Shown piece after piece: positions 37,389 through 47,937 of a stretch of DNA of 64,000 bases. Every line of letters starts with the position of its first letter. Positions within the stretch are counted from its first letter, which is position 1. The stretch is from Elusimicrobiota bacterium (GTDB lineage: Bacteria > CG03 > SLGR01 > JAFGSA01). Where the stretch lies: positions 1,654 through 65,653 of the forward strand of contig JAFGSA010000003.1 in NCBI GenBank assembly GCA_016934855.1. Reading direction: 5' to 3'. A program made the translations under genes and the position numbers. The notes under the pieces are model-generated. The model saw nothing but the letters and a program-made list of their open reading frames with translations. It was not told the origin of the DNA and made no database searches.

Positions 37389-38958
37389 TGAATATCCTCA
37401 CGGTTATAACCGTCATGTAGAGCGCGAGAACCAATAGCAGTCCCGCTATTACGCTCAGCAGGTAATTACGGTCTCTCAGGAAATTATTCAGCTCCCATGC
37501 GAGCGCCGCGGATGAAGTTACAAGCATTATGGCTCCAGGCACGGCCGTATACGCGGTCTTCTTTCCGGCAGACAAAAGGTACAGGCTCACAACCCCCAGC
37601 GCCAGAGCCGCGACCAGTTGGTTGGATGCGCCGAACACAGGCCATATTTTTCCCCAGTTGCCTATGGCAAGGTAATACGCAGGGGCTATCACCATTATAG
37701 TGGCAAGGAACATGTTCTTTATGCCGAACAGCTCTTCCGTAATGTACCTCGTTATGCGGGTCGCGGTATCCAGCGTCGTAATGATAAAAGCGTTAAGCAC
37801 CGTGGCCGCCACCAGGGAACCGAATATACCGAATATAGGCAGCGTTATCTGTCCGAAACCTTCGCTGAATGCGACTATCCATCCCTTCTTCATCAGTTCC
37901 GGGTATACCAGGCCTGACGCGCCCGCCCACTTAAGACCCGCCGCCACGGATATCAGCGCCAGAAGGGCCAGCGCTCCCTCGAGTATCATCCCACCGAACC
38001 CTATTCTCTTCATATCCTTTTCGCTCGATATCTGTTTGGCTGTTGTGCCCGAAGAGACAACGCTGTGGAACCCGCTTATGGCGCCGCATGCCACTATCAC
38101 GAACATCATCGGGAAAAGAGGACCGCTTCCGCTGTGAAACCCGACAAACGCTGGAGCATTCATCGGAAGCCGCGTGATAATAACCCCCAGGTATCCCGTG
38201 ACGAGCCCGAAAAACAGCAGAAAAGTGGACAAGTAATCTCTCGGCTGAAGAAGTATATTGACCGGGAGTATGGAAGCAAAGAACGCGTATGCCAACAGTA
38301 TTATTATCCATGCCCTTTCCGGCAGGCTGACGGGGAATACCTTTCCGAGGATTATAAAAGCGGCCAGGAACAGTATGCCGGCAATAGTGACGGCGAGCTG
38401 CGATACCGATGTGCGGTATAACATGAACCCCATCAGCATGGCCAGCGGTATTATCGCCATCGCCGGCACTGCCGTTTCCGGCTTCGAATACAGGGTCTTG
38501 GCTCCTACGGCCGTAAACACGGCTACTACAAGCACGAGGGAAAGCCAGAGGAATACAGAGAACAATACGTTGGCCCGCCGGCCCATGAGGTCCCTGCAGA
38601 CATGCGCGATCGAGTTGCCCTTCATCCTCACGGAAGTCACCAGCGCCGAAAAATCATGGACGGCGCCCAGGAAGACTGAACCGATGACGAGCCACAAGAG
38701 GACTCCGAGCCAGCCCCAGTACAGGCAGGCTATGACAGGTCCGAGTATAGGACCGGCACCGGCTATGGAAGCGAAATGATGCCCGAAAAGGACGGTCCAG
38801 TGTTTTGCGGGTACATAATCCACGCCGTCATTTACCTCGTGAGCCGGCGTCTTTCTCGCCGGGTCTATGTCCCAGAGTCTTTCTATCAGATTCCCGTATA
38901 ACCTGTAGCCCAGACCCAGGCATACAAGCCCGATAACTGCCACCGCTAATGAATTCAT
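37351..38958 (-). CDS. cstA: Carbon starvation protein A (peptide/pyruvate transporter)
   Basis: TPAH..NDGVDYVP, GHHFASIAGAGPILGP, GAVHDF, ACGAISGFHS, TTLDTATR, WPVFGASNQL. Confidence 0.95.
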   Translation of the reverse strand: MNSLAVAVIGLVCLGLGYRLYGNLIERLWDIDPARKTPAHEVNDGVDYVPAKHWTVLFGHHFASIAGAGPILGPVIACLYWGWLGVLLWLVIGSVFLGAVHDFSALVTSVRMKGNSIAHVCRDLMGRRANVLFSVFLWLSLVLVVAVFTAVGAKTLYSKPETAVPAMAIIPLAMLMGFMLYRTSVSQLAVTIAGILFLAAFIILGKVFPVSLPERAWIIILLAYAFFASILPVNILLQPRDYLSTFLLFFGLVTGYLGVIITRLPMNAPAFVGFHSGSGPLFPMMFVIVACGAISGFHSVVSSGTTAKQISSEKDMKRIGFGGMILEGALALLALISVAAGLKWAGASGLVYPELMKKGWIVAFSEGFGQITLPIFGIFGSLVAATVLNAFIITTLDTATRITRYITEELFGIKNMFLATIMVIAPAYYLAIGNWGKIWPVFGASNQLVAALALGVVSLYLLSAGKKTAYTAVPGAIMLVTSSAALAWELNNFLRDRNYLLSVIAGLLLVLALYMTVITVRIFIDRRKKQQHRPG

Positions 38959-38993
38959 GTTAAACCTCCCGCATGCGAGTGCAGAGCGTGTTC

Positions 38994-39025
38994 CGCATCT
39001 GATATCTCACATCTGGCATCTTGTA
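38994..39025. repeat. Heptamer tandem array
   Basis: cgcatct-gatatct-cacatct-ggcatct-tgtat in the cstA/Omp85 spacer; reverse-complement related to the array at 28912-28946. Confidence 0.6.
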
Positions 39026-39037
39026 TACTGTCATTCC

Positions 39038-41863
39038 TTACCATGTTATATAGCTGCTTGCAAACGTCCAGTAAGTCTTCCAGCTGTCCGAGCCATAAGG
39101 TTTGGCAAAATCTATATTTATGTAAAAGGGAGCCATCTGCATTATGTACAGGTTCAGTCTAAGCCCGAAACCCCAGGAAGCGCCCCACATATCCGGGTCA
39201 TCCGGCTCGCCGCCGTCGTCCCAGCATGTACCCGCATCGGTGAACAGCGCCGCCGACATGCTGTATATGTTAAAATCAGGGAACATGAAATAGAGGTGCC
39301 ATCCTATATCCGGGAAAAGGAGGTACCTCAGCTCGGAACTCGCAGATGCGAGATTATGCCCGGAAAACTCTTTCCTCCTGTAACCCCTGAGCCTGTACGG
39401 AGCGTTGCTGAAAAATCCAGTCAAATGGTCCAGGTAGAGTTCGGGCGCGGCCGGGCCTTCGGTCCGGGCATAATAAAGCCTGTTCGCCCAGGCCAGCCTG
39501 TGTCCGGCCGGCAGATATTTCCTGGCGGAGGCCTCATACTGGTTATATTCCACCCCGAACGTCTCGTAAGGTAGCGCCCGGTACCCCGACACAGAGAGTA
39601 TGCTCCCCCTGAATATATGAAAAGGTTCCAGCATCGCTGTACTGCGCGTGATACCCAGGCCCACGCCGGTCTCGGTTTCATGAACGGACTCATCCGTCGT
39701 GAGGTTATTCTCGTCTTCGCTTCCAGCCGTGTACCAGTTCGAGAAACTGGTAAATGAAGTCAGCGGGTACGTGTATCCGAGGACTGCCTCGTGCGAATAA
39801 TTCTTATGCTTCTCGGTCTCGTCGTCATCTTCGATCGTCCTGTACTTTTCCCCTTCCGTGCCGAGCATAAGGAATACATCCGGCCGCCATTTCCTGAGAG
39901 TGTACTGAGTTGACAGCGTATAGGTTCCGGGCCATGCCCAGCCGTAAAAATCCACAGTGTGGTGTGCGAGCAGATCCGACGCCCTGTAATAACCGCCGCC
40001 TACAAATCCTATATCCGTTGAATAAAGCAGGCTGGGCAGAAAAAAATCGGTGGAAAAATTAAACCTGTAGCGGCCCTTCCGGAACTGGTCCGAGGCGAGT
40101 TCCGGAACCGGATCCTCCTTTATGTAGTTTCTCGTTGCAGCTATATCGGCTCTCCGTTCTCCGCCCTTCAGCCTGACTATTTTGTAGCTCCCGTCATAAT
40201 ACGCCGACGAATAGATATTCCCGTCTTCCGCTGCACAGGGAAAGAACAGCCCTTCCGCTATATCGGTAAGAGCTTCCATTTTCTTCCCCGGATCGAGCAT
40301 ATACAGGTTGAATACCGAGTTTTTGTCAGCCGAATATACCAGCTTTTTTTCGCCGGCATAATACGGGTGTATCTCGTCGCACGGAGTCTCGGTCAGCCAG
40401 ACATATTTTTTCGTCTGTATATCTATCCTCCTGAGATCGGTGTTGAGCTCCCTTTCGGTAGCTACTGTTATCTCCCGCGAATCATGGGAGATGACCGGGC
40501 CGTAGTCTATATATCCGTCGTCCGTGAGCTGAGTCAGCAGGCCTTTATCCAGATCATAGAGGTATATATTCCTTTTAGAATCTTTCAGAGCGGTAAACGC
40601 TATCAGCCTGCCGTCATCCGATATGGCAGGCGAACGGAGTTCGTGAAGGTCGAATTCCAGTTCTTTCTTTATCTTTCCCGAAAGGTCGCACAGGTAGATA
40701 ATGTCTTTCAGGTCCCTGTCGGCTATGAACACCAGGGTTCCGACGGCAGGCGAATAACTTATTATCCTGTCGTATCGCCTCCCCGTAACGAGCATCTTCA
40801 CTCTTGACCCGAAGAAAGCATGGAGCAGCTTTCTCCTGTGCCCTTTTTCGTCCAGATATATCTCGTCCGGCCCCCAGACATCGCTCACATAGACGATATC
40901 CCCTTTTTCGGTAAGAACCGGGTTCCTGCTGTGATACCTGTTTTCCACCACCGCGTCGCTTACGTCTTCTACCCTGTCTTTTCCCCCGATGAAATTATCG
41001 GTCTCTTCCCTGAGCTTTTTCTGCCATTTAATATCAAAATCCCGGTAGCTCGCGAATTTCTCTGCGGCGTCTTCGAAAGCTTTCGTAGGATCTAGGTTGT
41101 TCCTCATTGACTTGAGCAGCCTGAAATTCACTTCTTCCCCTTCAGTCTCCACAAGGTAGTCTATTGCCGAATGAGCTTCCTTGTATCCGAGATACACGTG
41201 CCTGTAGAGCGCATTGAAATTCTGCAGCTGTCTAAGGGAATAAAGGTAATCATAAAGCACGGCGTCCCTCAGTATCATCCTGTCATAGGAAGACCAGCTC
41301 CTGTTCAGCACCTTGTGCGATACGTGTTCCGCCTGGCCTTCCATTACCCACAGCGGTTCCAGCCCCGAGAGGCCCTTTATCAGTTTTGCGGATTTCCAGA
41401 AGCCGCCGTAAAGTATCTCGAACTGGGCAATATGGGTGTATTCATGCGCTATAAGGTGGTTGAGATCGTAACGCGAGTATCTTATGGGTATGACAAGCCT
41501 GTTCTTGAAAGCTTCCGAGAAGCCCTCCACCCCTTCTTCAGCGGCCGCGATCCTGTTCTGCTGGAAATGAGTATGGTCGTAATACACGAAAACCGGCGTC
41601 TTCTTGGGAAACTCCACATCGAGCAGGCCTGTTACACCTTTATGAGTGTATTCTATCTGGTCAAGTACCGGCTTTATATCGAAAAGGTCGTCTTCGGGAG
41701 CATAGTAGAACACCCTGAGATCTGAAGTCTCGGCGGTCTTCCACCTGAATTTGTCTATCCTGAGCTGGTTATCCGGGAATACCGGTTCACAGATAAAGAG
41801 TATCAGCAGGAATAATCCGAAGGGACGGCATATTGTCACAAGCGGTCGCATGCTCATCTTCAT
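39038..41863 (-). CDS. Peptidase MA domain + TolB/PD40 beta-propeller + Omp85-type barrel protein
   Basis: Signal peptide; HEYTH..WVMEGQAE; repeated SP..S.DG propeller blades; LRGY, SELRY, FTDAG, C-terminal Trp. Confidence 0.82.
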   Translation of the reverse strand: MKMSMRPLVTICRPFGLFLLILFICEPVFPDNQLRIDKFRWKTAETSDLRVFYYAPEDDLFDIKPVLDQIEYTHKGVTGLLDVEFPKKTPVFVYYDHTHFQQNRIAAAEEGVEGFSEAFKNRLVIPIRYSRYDLNHLIAHEYTHIAQFEILYGGFWKSAKLIKGLSGLEPLWVMEGQAEHVSHKVLNRSWSSYDRMILRDAVLYDYLYSLRQLQNFNALYRHVYLGYKEAHSAIDYLVETEGEEVNFRLLKSMRNNLDPTKAFEDAAEKFASYRDFDIKWQKKLREETDNFIGGKDRVEDVSDAVVENRYHSRNPVLTEKGDIVYVSDVWGPDEIYLDEKGHRRKLLHAFFGSRVKMLVTGRRYDRIISYSPAVGTLVFIADRDLKDIIYLCDLSGKIKKELEFDLHELRSPAISDDGRLIAFTALKDSKRNIYLYDLDKGLLTQLTDDGYIDYGPVISHDSREITVATERELNTDLRRIDIQTKKYVWLTETPCDEIHPYYAGEKKLVYSADKNSVFNLYMLDPGKKMEALTDIAEGLFFPCAAEDGNIYSSAYYDGSYKIVRLKGGERRADIAATRNYIKEDPVPELASDQFRKGRYRFNFSTDFFLPSLLYSTDIGFVGGGYYRASDLLAHHTVDFYGWAWPGTYTLSTQYTLRKWRPDVFLMLGTEGEKYRTIEDDDETEKHKNYSHEAVLGYTYPLTSFTSFSNWYTAGSEDENNLTTDESVHETETGVGLGITRSTAMLEPFHIFRGSILSVSGYRALPYETFGVEYNQYEASARKYLPAGHRLAWANRLYYARTEGPAAPELYLDHLTGFFSNAPYRLRGYRRKEFSGHNLASASSELRYLLFPDIGWHLYFMFPDFNIYSMSAALFTDAGTCWDDGGEPDDPDMWGASWGFGLRLNLYIMQMAPFYINIDFAKPYGSDSWKTYWTFASSYITW

Positions 41864-41893
41864 GGATTATATCCATAATGAAAACGGCGGAGA

Positions 41894-43582
41894 TTATTCC
41901 TTGTCTTTTTTCTTGTCGATGTCAGCAAGCCCTTTGAGCTTGTCTCCGATAAGATCGCGCAGCGTGGCGCCGGACGATTCGGACGGATCCATATACTTTT
42001 TCATTTCCCTGTGCTCCATGTCTATCTCGTAATCCTTGATACTGACCTCAAGTACCTTCTTGGAAGGGTTGTTCTTTATCACCCTGCAGTGTTCTATCAC
42101 ATCGCCTTCCTTGAGTTTTTCCCGGAGGTCCTCCGTCCTTTCCCTTGAAAAATTTGATATATGCATGTATCCCTCAAGCCCGTTCTCCATCTCCACATAC
42201 GCGCCCGAGCGCTGGACCGTCTTGACATAGCATTTGACAGTGGATCCCGCAGGGTAATCGTTGTAAGGATTATCTTCAAGCTGCTTCAGTCCCAGAGAAA
42301 GTTTCTGCTTGTCGGGTTCGATGCTCAGTATTTTCACCTTTACCGTGTCGCCGACCTGGACGAATTCCGAAGGATGCTCGACCTCCTTGTCCCAGGTCAT
42401 GTCAGAAACATGTATCAGCCCTTCCACTCCCTCATTCAGCATAACGAAAGCCCCGAAATCAGTAGTGTGGGTTATCTTCCCTTCGATGATATTGCCCACC
42501 TGGTAATTCCTGTCAACCTCTTCCCAGGGATTGGGCAGCACCTGTTTAAGGCTCAGCGCGATCTTCTTGTTCTCCAGGTCTATCTCGATTATCTTTATCT
42601 TCACCGCGTCATTTACAGCAAGCTTGTCGCCCGGATGTTTCACGTTTTCAGTCCAGGATATCTCCTCTGTTTTTATAAGCCCTTCCACTCCGGGCTTCAG
42701 CTCAACGAAAGCCCCGTATGAAGTGACTCCCGTGACCTTCCCGTCTATCACGTCGCCCGGCTTGAACTCACTTTCTATATTTTCCCATGGATGAGGCTGC
42801 GTCTCTTTCAGGCTGAGCGATATCTTATTTGACTTGGGGTTGAAGCTCTTTATCTTTACCTCTATCTCGTCACCGACTTTTACTATATCCTCCACCTTGT
42901 CGACATGTCCCCAGGAAAGCTCGCTGATGTGCAGGAGCCCGTCTATTCCGCCCAGATCGATAAAAGCGCCGAAAGTCTTTATGCCGGACACCCTGCCTTT
43001 TATAGTCTTGCCGGGATAAAGCTGTTCATAGAGTTCTTCCCTTTTTCTCCTGACATCCTCTTCTATCGCTTTCCTCCAGGATACGATTATATTCTTGTTC
43101 TTGCGGTCGAATTCTATGATCTTGGACGGCACTGTCTTGTCTATCACTGAATCCAGGTTCTTTACCATCGGGTACCCGACCAGGGAGGCAGGCATGAAGG
43201 CTTTAATATCGCCTATATCTACTATAAGGCCGCCTTTTACCTTCTTTTCCAGTTTAGCGTCTATCACCAGGTTATCCGTGAACGCCTTTTCTATCTCATC
43301 GAGACGGTGCTCCACCTGGGCCCTCTTATGGGACAATACCGGCGGGTACTCGTAGCTCATGCTCTTCTTCACTATAAATACCTCTACTTCGTCACCGACT
43401 TTTATCTCTTCGTCCTTGAATTCATGCAGGGGGATTACACCTTCGGATTTGTAACCGATATCTACCAGAACGTTGTTATTTTTCCTGTCGACCTCGATGA
43501 CCCTTCCTATTACCATCCTTTCCTGCTGTATATCTTCCATCTGCCTTACTACATCTTCCATACTCAGCTTTTTATCCGTCAT
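41894..43582 (-). CDS. rpsA: 30S ribosomal protein S1
   Basis: Six S1 domains (DIGYKSEG, FGAFIDLGGIDGLLHISELSW). Confidence 0.97.
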   Translation of the reverse strand: MTDKKLSMEDVVRQMEDIQQERMVIGRVIEVDRKNNNVLVDIGYKSEGVIPLHEFKDEEIKVGDEVEVFIVKKSMSYEYPPVLSHKRAQVEHRLDEIEKAFTDNLVIDAKLEKKVKGGLIVDIGDIKAFMPASLVGYPMVKNLDSVIDKTVPSKIIEFDRKNKNIIVSWRKAIEEDVRRKREELYEQLYPGKTIKGRVSGIKTFGAFIDLGGIDGLLHISELSWGHVDKVEDIVKVGDEIEVKIKSFNPKSNKISLSLKETQPHPWENIESEFKPGDVIDGKVTGVTSYGAFVELKPGVEGLIKTEEISWTENVKHPGDKLAVNDAVKIKIIEIDLENKKIALSLKQVLPNPWEEVDRNYQVGNIIEGKITHTTDFGAFVMLNEGVEGLIHVSDMTWDKEVEHPSEFVQVGDTVKVKILSIEPDKQKLSLGLKQLEDNPYNDYPAGSTVKCYVKTVQRSGAYVEMENGLEGYMHISNFSRERTEDLREKLKEGDVIEHCRVIKNNPSKKVLEVSIKDYEIDMEHREMKKYMDPSESSGATLRDLIGDKLKGLADIDKKKDKE

Positions 43583-43583
43583 T

Positions 43584-44447
43584 TCACGCTACCTCTTTCT
43601 TTAGATTTTTTTTGTTATATAATTCGAGTTTTTCTTCGATTTTCTTTATTATGCTCTTCGGCGTCGAAGCTCCCGAGACTATGCCGACCTTTTCCCTGTC
43701 GGCCAGCCAGCTGTAATTGATATCTTCAGGAACTTCTATATGATAGGTCTCTACTATCTCGCTGCCGAGTTCGTAAAGTCTTTTCGTGTTGGAGCTGTTC
43801 TTCCCTCCCACGATAATGAGCAGGTCTACCCTGCCTGCTATCGATTTAAGCTCGTTCTGGCGAAGCACCGTTTCCTCGCAGATGGTATTGTATATCTCGA
43901 GAACCTTTGATTTTCTTGCCAGCACGTTTATTATCTCGAAGAATTTTTCGCTTCTGAATGTCGTCTGGACCAGCACCCCGGCGTCCTCAAAATCTTCCAT
44001 CAAGGCCGCTTCTTCGGGAGAAGATATAACCACCCCTTTTTCCTTTGCCCTGGAAAGTATCCCTTTGACTTCGGGATGAGACTTGGCGCCTATGATTATT
44101 ACCATGCCGTGCCTGTCAGATATATCCCGAGCTATCTTATGAGTCTTCTTCACTTTGGGGCACGTCGCATCTATGACATTCAGACCCTTTTCCTTCAGCC
44201 TGGACTCCTGCTCCAGGGTTATACCGTGGCTTCTTATGAGTATGGTTCTTATGCCGGAAATCTTTTCAATGTCGTCTACGGGAATTATTCCCGCGGATTT
44301 CAGTTCATCTACGACCTGAGGGTTATGAATAATGGGTCCCAGGGTATGCACTTTTTCCGTTTTCGAAGAATCCCGCGCTATATTTACCGATCTCTTCACG
44401 CCGGAGCAGAAATCACAATATTCGCTTTTTATTATGTTTATCTTCAT
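43584..44447 (-). CDS. ispH: 4-hydroxy-3-methylbut-2-enyl diphosphate reductase
   Basis: FCSGVKR, GPIIHNP, IRSHG, DATCPKV, HPEV, NTIC, GGKNSSNT, GASTP. Confidence 0.96.
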   Translation of the reverse strand: MKINIIKSEYCDFCSGVKRSVNIARDSSKTEKVHTLGPIIHNPQVVDELKSAGIIPVDDIEKISGIRTILIRSHGITLEQESRLKEKGLNVIDATCPKVKKTHKIARDISDRHGMVIIIGAKSHPEVKGILSRAKEKGVVISSPEEAALMEDFEDAGVLVQTTFRSEKFFEIINVLARKSKVLEIYNTICEETVLRQNELKSIAGRVDLLIIVGGKNSSNTKRLYELGSEIVETYHIEVPEDINYSWLADREKVGIVSGASTPKSIIKKIEEKLELYNKKNLKKEVA

Positions 44448-44564
44448 TAGGTTATAAATTATACAAATAATATTAGTAATAATCAAACATAAAATTTTAT
44501 TATTTATATATGCGGATATTTCCGTAAAAGGTTTACAGGGAGGGAATAATACTGCGGGAACGGC

Positions 44565-45131
44565 CTACAGACGCTCTATTTTACTCATTACGGCTTCCGC
44601 GAAAGACTCATATTCTCCTTCAGGCGCTTTTTCTCCCGGCAAGAAAGGGAAATAAACCGGTTTTCCGATAACATACTTCAGCCTGGCGAAGCTTTTCATC
44701 CTGTCGTTATTGTATATCCTGGAAGGAACTACCGGAACGCCCGACTTATGCGACAGCATCGATACCCCGCTGTGTATCTTATGCGAAGATTTCCTGGTAC
44801 CTTCGGGAAAGATTAGAAGGACTTTTCCCGACCTCAGCAGCCCGATGGCCCGTTTTATCGACGATGGTCCCGGGTTCTCCCTGTCAACGGGGAAAGCATG
44901 CGTTTTTCTTATGGCTGTGCCGAGAACCGGCACATAGAACAGCTCTTTCTTGGCCATAAAATAAACGCCTTTTACGTTGCACACTCCCACGAGGGGCGGG
45001 TCAAAGTAAGAATTGTGGTTGGACGCTATTATGTACCCCCCGGCGGGCAGGTTTTCCCTTCCGGTAACCTTGAGCCTGAACAACGTCCTGAAAAAAACGG
45101 AAAATAATGTTCTACCTATCCAGTAAAGCAA
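44565..45131 (-). CDS. plsC: 1-acyl-sn-glycerol-3-phosphate acyltransferase
   Basis: SNHNSYFDP, FMAKKELF, FPEGTR. Confidence 0.92.
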   Translation of the reverse strand: MLYWIGRTLFSVFFRTLFRLKVTGRENLPAGGYIIASNHNSYFDPPLVGVCNVKGVYFMAKKELFYVPVLGTAIRKTHAFPVDRENPGPSSIKRAIGLLRSGKVLLIFPEGTRKSSHKIHSGVSMLSHKSGVPVVPSRIYNNDRMKSFARLKYVIGKPVYFPFLPGEKAPEGEYESFAEAVMSKIERL

Positions 45132-45780
45132 CGATCCTGTTTACTACCTCTTCTATGCTGAGATCAGTGGAATCCAGCACATGGGCGTTCTCCGGCACCC
45201 TCAGCGGCGCGAGGCCCCTGGATTCGTCAAGCCTGTCTCTTTTTTTTATGCTGAGTTTTATCTCTTCGATGTCCACATCCATGCCCTTTTCCCTGAGTTC
45301 CTGCCACCTGCGGCTGGCTCTTTCCTGAATGCCGGCATCAAGGTACACTTTAAGGTCCGCCCCGGGAAAAACTATCGAGCCCATGTCCCTTCCTTCGAAT
45401 ACCACTTTCATGAGCCTGTCGGCGGACTGCCGCTGTATCTTGGCCAGTTTATACCTCACGCCGGGTATGGCTGCCACCCTCGAGGTGTTGTCGGTTACTT
45501 CTTTCTTTCTTATTTCTTCGGTCACGTCCTCTCCGTCGGAATATATCTTCATCGAGCCGTTCTCGAAATCGATCCTGATATCCGTTTCTTCGGCAAGCTT
45601 TTCTATTCCTACCGTGTCCGTGAATTCCATGTTCCTTCGCAGTATCTTCAGCGTTATAGCCCTGTACATCGCGCCCGTATCTATATACCTGAAACCTATC
45701 CTCTCCGCCAGTATTTTCGCTATGGTGCTCTTACCCGCGCCGGCAGGCCCGTCTATTGTTATTATGGTCTTATTTTTCAA
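45112..45780 (-). CDS. cmk: Cytidylate kinase
   Basis: IDGPAGAGKST, DTGAMYRA, EGRDMG, RDRLD..R..APL. Confidence 0.97.
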   Translation of the reverse strand: MKNKTIITIDGPAGAGKSTIAKILAERIGFRYIDTGAMYRAITLKILRRNMEFTDTVGIEKLAEETDIRIDFENGSMKIYSDGEDVTEEIRKKEVTDNTSRVAAIPGVRYKLAKIQRQSADRLMKVVFEGRDMGSIVFPGADLKVYLDAGIQERASRRWQELREKGMDVDIEEIKLSIKKRDRLDESRGLAPLRVPENAHVLDSTDLSIEEVVNRIVALLDR

Positions 45781-47080
45781 TGACGCTCTCCATTATCTTG
45801 AAAAAATCGGGAAACGAAGTATCCACGCATCCCACGCCGCTGATAGAGGTCTCTTCCCTGGCATTCAATGCCGCGACGGCAAGCATCATGGCGATCCTGT
45901 GATCGCCGAAACTCTCCACTTTTGCCCCGCGGAGCTGTCCCTGCTTTCCTGTGATCACGAGCGAGTTCTGCTGTTCCTCAACAGACTGGCCCATATTCTG
46001 AAGCTGGGTGGATACCGCATGAAGCCTGTTTGACTCTTTTTTCCTCAGCTCTTCTACCCCGTCTATTATCGTTTTGCCTTTGGCCCGCGAGGCGAGCAGC
46101 GCGATAAGAGGAACTTCATCTATCAGACGGGGGACGTCTTTTCGTCCGATATTAACGGATTCCAGCTGGCTGCTCGAGACGGTTATATCCCCTATAGGCT
46201 CGTTGTAGAGTTCCCTTTTGTTCGTTATCTTTATCTCTCCGCCCATCCTCCTTACGACATCCAGGTACCCCGTACGCGTAGGGTTGAGGTTAACGTTTTT
46301 TATGCGCAGCGTGCTGCCGGGTATTATCAGGGCGGCGGTCATGAAAAATGCGGCGGATGAAAAATCTCCGGGAACGGTTATGCATTTACCCTGCCAGTCG
46401 CCGCCTCCCGTCACGGAAACCTGGCAACCCTTGATCTTCACGGGTATGCCGAAATACTCCATCATCCTCTCCGTATGGTCCCTCGATTTATACGGTTCAG
46501 ATACCACCGTCTTTCCGCCGGCGAAAAGGCCTGCCAGCAGGATGCAGGATTTGACCTGGGCGCTGGCAACGGGCGATTTGTACGTTATAGGATCTATTGT
46601 CCCGGGCCTGATGAACAGCGGCGCGTGATCTCCTTCCGTCGCCGTGATGTCGGCCCCCATCCTGGCAAGAGGCCTGATTATCCTTCCCATCGGGCGCCCC
46701 GAGAGCGAAGCGTCGCCGGTGAGAACCGAGGGAAATTCCTGGGCGGCCAGCACACCCGCCATGAGCCTCATTCCCGTTCCGGAGTTCCCGAAATAAAGCT
46801 TCCCCCTGGGTTTCTTAAGCCCCTTTCTCCCTGCTCCCGATATTATCAGTGCGCCGGCCCTGTCCTTTTTTATCTTTACTCCGAGCTTTTTAAACACGTT
46901 AAGCGTGTCCACGCAGTCCTGGGCGAACAGAAAATTGTCAATTCTCGAGCTGCCTTCCGCAAGGCAGGAGAATATCAGCGATCTATGAGATATGGATTTG
47001 TCGCCGCTTACGGTTATCTCCCCGGATACGCGCGATACCGGGCATAAGATTACCGAGTCCTTTTCAGTTATTCTTTCCAT
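45770..47080 (-). CDS. aroA: EPSP synthase
   Basis: GDKSISHR, GNSGT, SAQVKS, RDHTERM, PGDFSSA, ELRKKESNR, DHRIAM. Confidence 0.97.
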   Translation of the reverse strand: MERITEKDSVILCPVSRVSGEITVSGDKSISHRSLIFSCLAEGSSRIDNFLFAQDCVDTLNVFKKLGVKIKKDRAGALIISGAGRKGLKKPRGKLYFGNSGTGMRLMAGVLAAQEFPSVLTGDASLSGRPMGRIIRPLARMGADITATEGDHAPLFIRPGTIDPITYKSPVASAQVKSCILLAGLFAGGKTVVSEPYKSRDHTERMMEYFGIPVKIKGCQVSVTGGGDWQGKCITVPGDFSSAAFFMTAALIIPGSTLRIKNVNLNPTRTGYLDVVRRMGGEIKITNKRELYNEPIGDITVSSSQLESVNIGRKDVPRLIDEVPLIALLASRAKGKTIIDGVEELRKKESNRLHAVSTQLQNMGQSVEEQQNSLVITGKQGQLRGAKVESFGDHRIAMMLAVAALNAREETSISGVGCVDTSFPDFFKIMESVIEK

Positions 47081-47937
47081 GTATTCTTCCTGAAAGCCGC
47101 AACGCTTTCCATCATCAACTTTATCTCGCCGTAATCTTTCTTCTTCAGGAGCTTCCTGAATCGCGCCAGCTCGCCGGCGAATGTATCTATCGAAATGATC
47201 ACCTGGTCCCGGTTCTCTTCGAATATCTTCGCCCAGAGATCCGGGGAAGAGCCGGCCAGCCTGTTTAAGTGCCTGAAGCTCGGGCCCGCTATGTCGTTTA
47301 CGGAATCCAGGTCCGCCTTGATCTTTTCAATACTTCTCAGTATTACAAACGCCAGGACATGAGGCAGGTGGCTTAGAAAACCTGCGGTTAGATCGTGTTT
47401 TACAGGATCCATCCTGATAACCCTGGCTCCCAGTGTTTCCCAGAAATCCGCCGCCCGCTTTATCCCGGCGTCCGTATTGAATGCAGCAGGCGTCAGTATG
47501 CACGGCGCATCCTTGAACAGCGACATACGCGCATTTGCCACGCCGCTCTTCTCCGATCCGGCCATCGGGTGGCAACCGACAAACTCGGCCCCCGTTTCGC
47601 ACAGTCTCTCCCGGGAAGCGGCTTCTATTATGGGATTCTTCACGCTGCCCACATCCATTACGAGCATCCCTTCCTTAAGATACCCCTTCATTTCTTTCAT
47701 CTGCATCCGTATTATATCCGGAGGTGTTGCCAGAATTATAACCTGCGCGCCTTCGACGGCACCGCGCAGATCCTGCGTCACTTCGTCGCAGGCGTTGCGG
47801 TCAAGAGCGTCTCTCAGACGCTGCGGGTTCCTTCCCCATGCGCACACATTCTGGGCCAGTTTTCTCTCCTTGAGATCCAGCCCTACAGATCCGCCGATGA
47901 GCCCCGCGCCTATTACGGCGACCTTGCCGTACATCAT
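47068..47937 (-). CDS. tyrA: Prephenate/arogenate dehydrogenase
   Basis: GAGLIGGS, DVGSVK, HPMAGSEKSG, HD..SHLPH. Confidence 0.93.
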   Translation of the reverse strand: MMYGKVAVIGAGLIGGSVGLDLKERKLAQNVCAWGRNPQRLRDALDRNACDEVTQDLRGAVEGAQVIILATPPDIIRMQMKEMKGYLKEGMLVMDVGSVKNPIIEAASRERLCETGAEFVGCHPMAGSEKSGVANARMSLFKDAPCILTPAAFNTDAGIKRAADFWETLGARVIRMDPVKHDLTAGFLSHLPHVLAFVILRSIEKIKADLDSVNDIAGPSFRHLNRLAGSSPDLWAKIFEENRDQVIISIDTFAGELARFRKLLKKKDYGEIKLMMESVAAFRKNTWKE

